Assembly: GCA_038870975.1 (NCBI GenBank)
Contig: JAVZJD010000002.1
Coordinates: 192,001-256,000, forward strand
DNA length: 64,000 nt
DNA from: Candidatus Bathyarchaeia archaeon
GTDB taxonomy: Archaea > Thermoproteota > CALKCG01 > B24
Direction: 5' to 3'
The position numbers were made by a program, and so were the translations under genes. The notes under the pieces were generated by a model. That model searched no databases, was not told the DNA's origin, and was given only the letters and a program-made list of their open reading frames with translations. This document shows, piece by piece, positions 62,085-64,000 of the stretch (position 1 is the first letter of the stretch; every line of letters begins with the position of its first letter).

Positions 62085-63377
62085 ATGCTGAAGCTTATCC
62101 TGGGGGGTCTTTTTATGACTTTCAACCGGATTGTTGCCGTGAAATTCGGCGGGAAAGCCCTTTCCAATGGTTATGGAATTAGGAAGGCCGCTGAGATGGT
62201 TGCAGACGCTTTTAAGAGGGGGATTAAACCCATTGTAGTAGTTTCAGCTATGGGTAACACAACAGACGAACTCCTTAATATCATTAAGGAGGCGACGGAC
62301 GGTGTTGTCTCAAGTGAAATTGTAGACGACATCGTTTCAATGGGTGAGAGAACCAGCGCGAGAATACTTGCATCTGCTCTTAGATCTCTAGGCTTAGAAT
62401 CCATCTACCTAGACCCCAGCATGGAAGATTGGCCTATAGTTACCAATAGCAAGTTTGGAAATGCCGACCCTCTAATACCTGAGACATTCAAAAGAATAAG
62501 AAGCGTACTATTGCCCTTACTGGAGAAAAACGTCATACCGATTATACCTGGATTTGTAGGTAAAACTCCAGATGGGCGGATAACGACTCTAGGAAGAGGA
62601 GGAAGCGATTTAACAGCTCTACTTATAGGTGAAGCCTTAGAGCTAAAGGAAGTTGTACTCGTATCAGATGTAGATGGTATAATGACTGGAGACCCCAAGA
62701 TTGTAGAAAGTCCAAAAGTACTTAGAGAAATCGATGCAAAGTCGCTGATAGGTCTAGCCGATTCTGGTGTAAAATTCATTAAGAGGAAGACTTTAAAGTA
62801 TAAGACCCCTGAAACGGACATTAGGATTATAAGCTTCAAAAACGGGAGTATTGACGTTGAGGGGACGACTATCAAAGGCTCTTTCTCAAATCCAATTTCA
62901 AATTCAAGGTTTGAAATTGAAATGTACGGAGAACCTATAGCCGCTTTAACGGTTGTAGGTAAGGGTATTTCCAGTAGACCTGAGGTTTTAGCTGAAGTCC
63001 TTAAATCTATTAATGAAGTTGATGCGCAACCAGTAGGTCTTACAACAGACTCTGAATCGATAATACTGTATGTTCCCGAGTCTAAAAGTGTAGACATAGC
63101 CAAGAGAGTCCATAACACCGTTTTAAAGAATTCAGACGTTCTCATAGCGGTGGCTCTAAGGAGAGACTTAACTCTGATTAGCATCAAAGGTATTGGCTTA
63201 GAGGAGACCCCAGGCATCCTTGGAAAAGTAACAGAACCGCTGGGAAGAGAAGGGATAAACATCCACGGCATCTTCACAATAACCTCTACCATAAATGTCG
63301 TTGTTAACCGAAAAGATGCTGAACGAGTTTACAAGCTAATGACGGACATCTTAAGCACGGTGAATGGGAATGATTAA
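62085..63377 (+). CDS. lysC: Aspartate kinase
   Basis: KFGG, VVSAMG, TTLGRGGSD, DVDG, two ACT domains; probable start ATG ~62115. Confidence 0.93.
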   Translation: MLKLILGGLFMTFNRIVAVKFGGKALSNGYGIRKAAEMVADAFKRGIKPIVVVSAMGNTTDELLNIIKEATDGVVSSEIVDDIVSMGERTSARILASALRSLGLESIYLDPSMEDWPIVTNSKFGNADPLIPETFKRIRSVLLPLLEKNVIPIIPGFVGKTPDGRITTLGRGGSDLTALLIGEALELKEVVLVSDVDGIMTGDPKIVESPKVLREIDAKSLIGLADSGVKFIKRKTLKYKTPETDIRIISFKNGSIDVEGTTIKGSFSNPISNSRFEIEMYGEPIAALTVVGKGISSRPEVLAEVLKSINEVDAQPVGLTTDSESIILYVPESKSVDIAKRVHNTVLKNSDVLIAVALRRDLTLISIKGIGLEETPGILGKVTEPLGREGINIHGIFTITSTINVVVNRKDAERVYKLMTDILSTVNGND

Positions 63378-64000
63378 TGTAATGGTTGTAGGGGCTACTG
63401 GAGTCGTTGGTCAACAGTTTCTAGTAGCTCTAGCAAACCACCCGTGGTTTAATGTGGTTAAACTCGCGGCTTCACAGAGATCTGCTGGTAAAAAATACAT
63501 AGATGCTATCAGAGATGAATCTACAGGCTCCATTAGATGGTATTGTGATGAACCTTTACCAGAGCAGTTTGAAGACCTAGTAGTTGAAGCCTTTGAAGAG
63601 AGCATGTTAAAGGATGTAGACATCGTATTCTCAGCTGTAGAGTCGGATATAGCTAGGGAAATTGAGCCAAAAATAGCTAGTAGAAAACCCGTGATAAGTA
63701 CAGCCTCTGCATTTAGGTATGAGGAAGACGTCCCTCTTATGATCCCAGGTATAAACGATGAACATGCTACCCTAATAGAAGAGCAGAAACGTAGGAGGAA
63801 TTGGAGCGGGTTTATAGCTCCAATACCTAACTGTACTACAACAGGTCTAGCTATAACACTCAAACCGATAATGGATAGGTTTGGGATTAAACTCGTTTTA
63901 ATGACCTCTATGCAAGCTCTTTCAGGGGCGGGAAGATCCCCCGGTGTCATAGGGTTGGATATTCTGGACAACATCATTCCCTACATACCTAGAGAGGAGG
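63364..64000 (+). CDS. asd: Aspartate-semialdehyde dehydrogenase (partial, runs off window)
   Basis: Not in the ORF track; hand translation gives VVGATGVVGQQF..HPWF, PNCTT, MQALSGAG, DNIIPYI. Confidence 0.93.
   Translation, partial: MGMINVMVVGATGVVGQQFLVALANHPWFNVVKLAASQRSAGKKYIDAIRDESTGSIRWYCDEPLPEQFEDLVVEAFEESMLKDVDIVFSAVESDIAREIEPKIASRKPVISTASAFRYEEDVPLMIPGINDEHATLIEEQKRRRNWSGFIAPIPNCTTTGLAITLKPIMDRFGIKLVLMTSMQALSGAGRSPGVIGLDILDNIIPYIPREE

Noticed and set aside
62405-63977. Long minus-strand ORFs (295 aa and 188 aa) and similar shadow ORFs across the window
   Set aside because: Antisense to well-supported genes (lysC, asd and others) and without motifs.

Overview
Archaeal chromosomal window, most likely from a thermophilic, sugar-degrading TACK-superphylum lineage (Bathyarchaeia-like; taxonomy is inferred). 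Support: reverse gyrase, FAU-1, UPF0147/0148/0179, GPN GTPase, Pth2, deoxyhypusine synthase, archaeal BRE-TATA promoters and four intron-less tRNAs (Ser-GCT, Arg-CCG, Pro-TGG, Leu-CAG). The main accessory feature is a ~13.4 kb island (5.7-19.1 kb) between tRNA-Ser and tRNA-Arg. It holds five HEPN-MNT toxin-antitoxin-type pairs, an internally deleted MNT-HEPN fusion, two PaREP1-type HEPNs and four co-oriented clan AA (retropepsin-like) aspartic proteases. These sit among broken pieces of surface-glycosylation genes, a TnpB remnant and an intact sialidase-like gene. The rest is housekeeping and catabolic: GH2 beta-galactosidase with a ~45-aa insertion, GH50-like and GH4 glycosidases, Gfo/Idh/MocA oxidoreductases, purB, tldD/E, ilvE, AOR, a RACo-type ATPase and lysC-asd. 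I also see an unannotated box C/D guide RNA candidate (31.3 kb), an iterated CCATAA array between tRNA-Pro and tRNA-Leu, and a second decayed TA site at 54-55 kb. All family calls come from motif recognition by eye; no searches were run.
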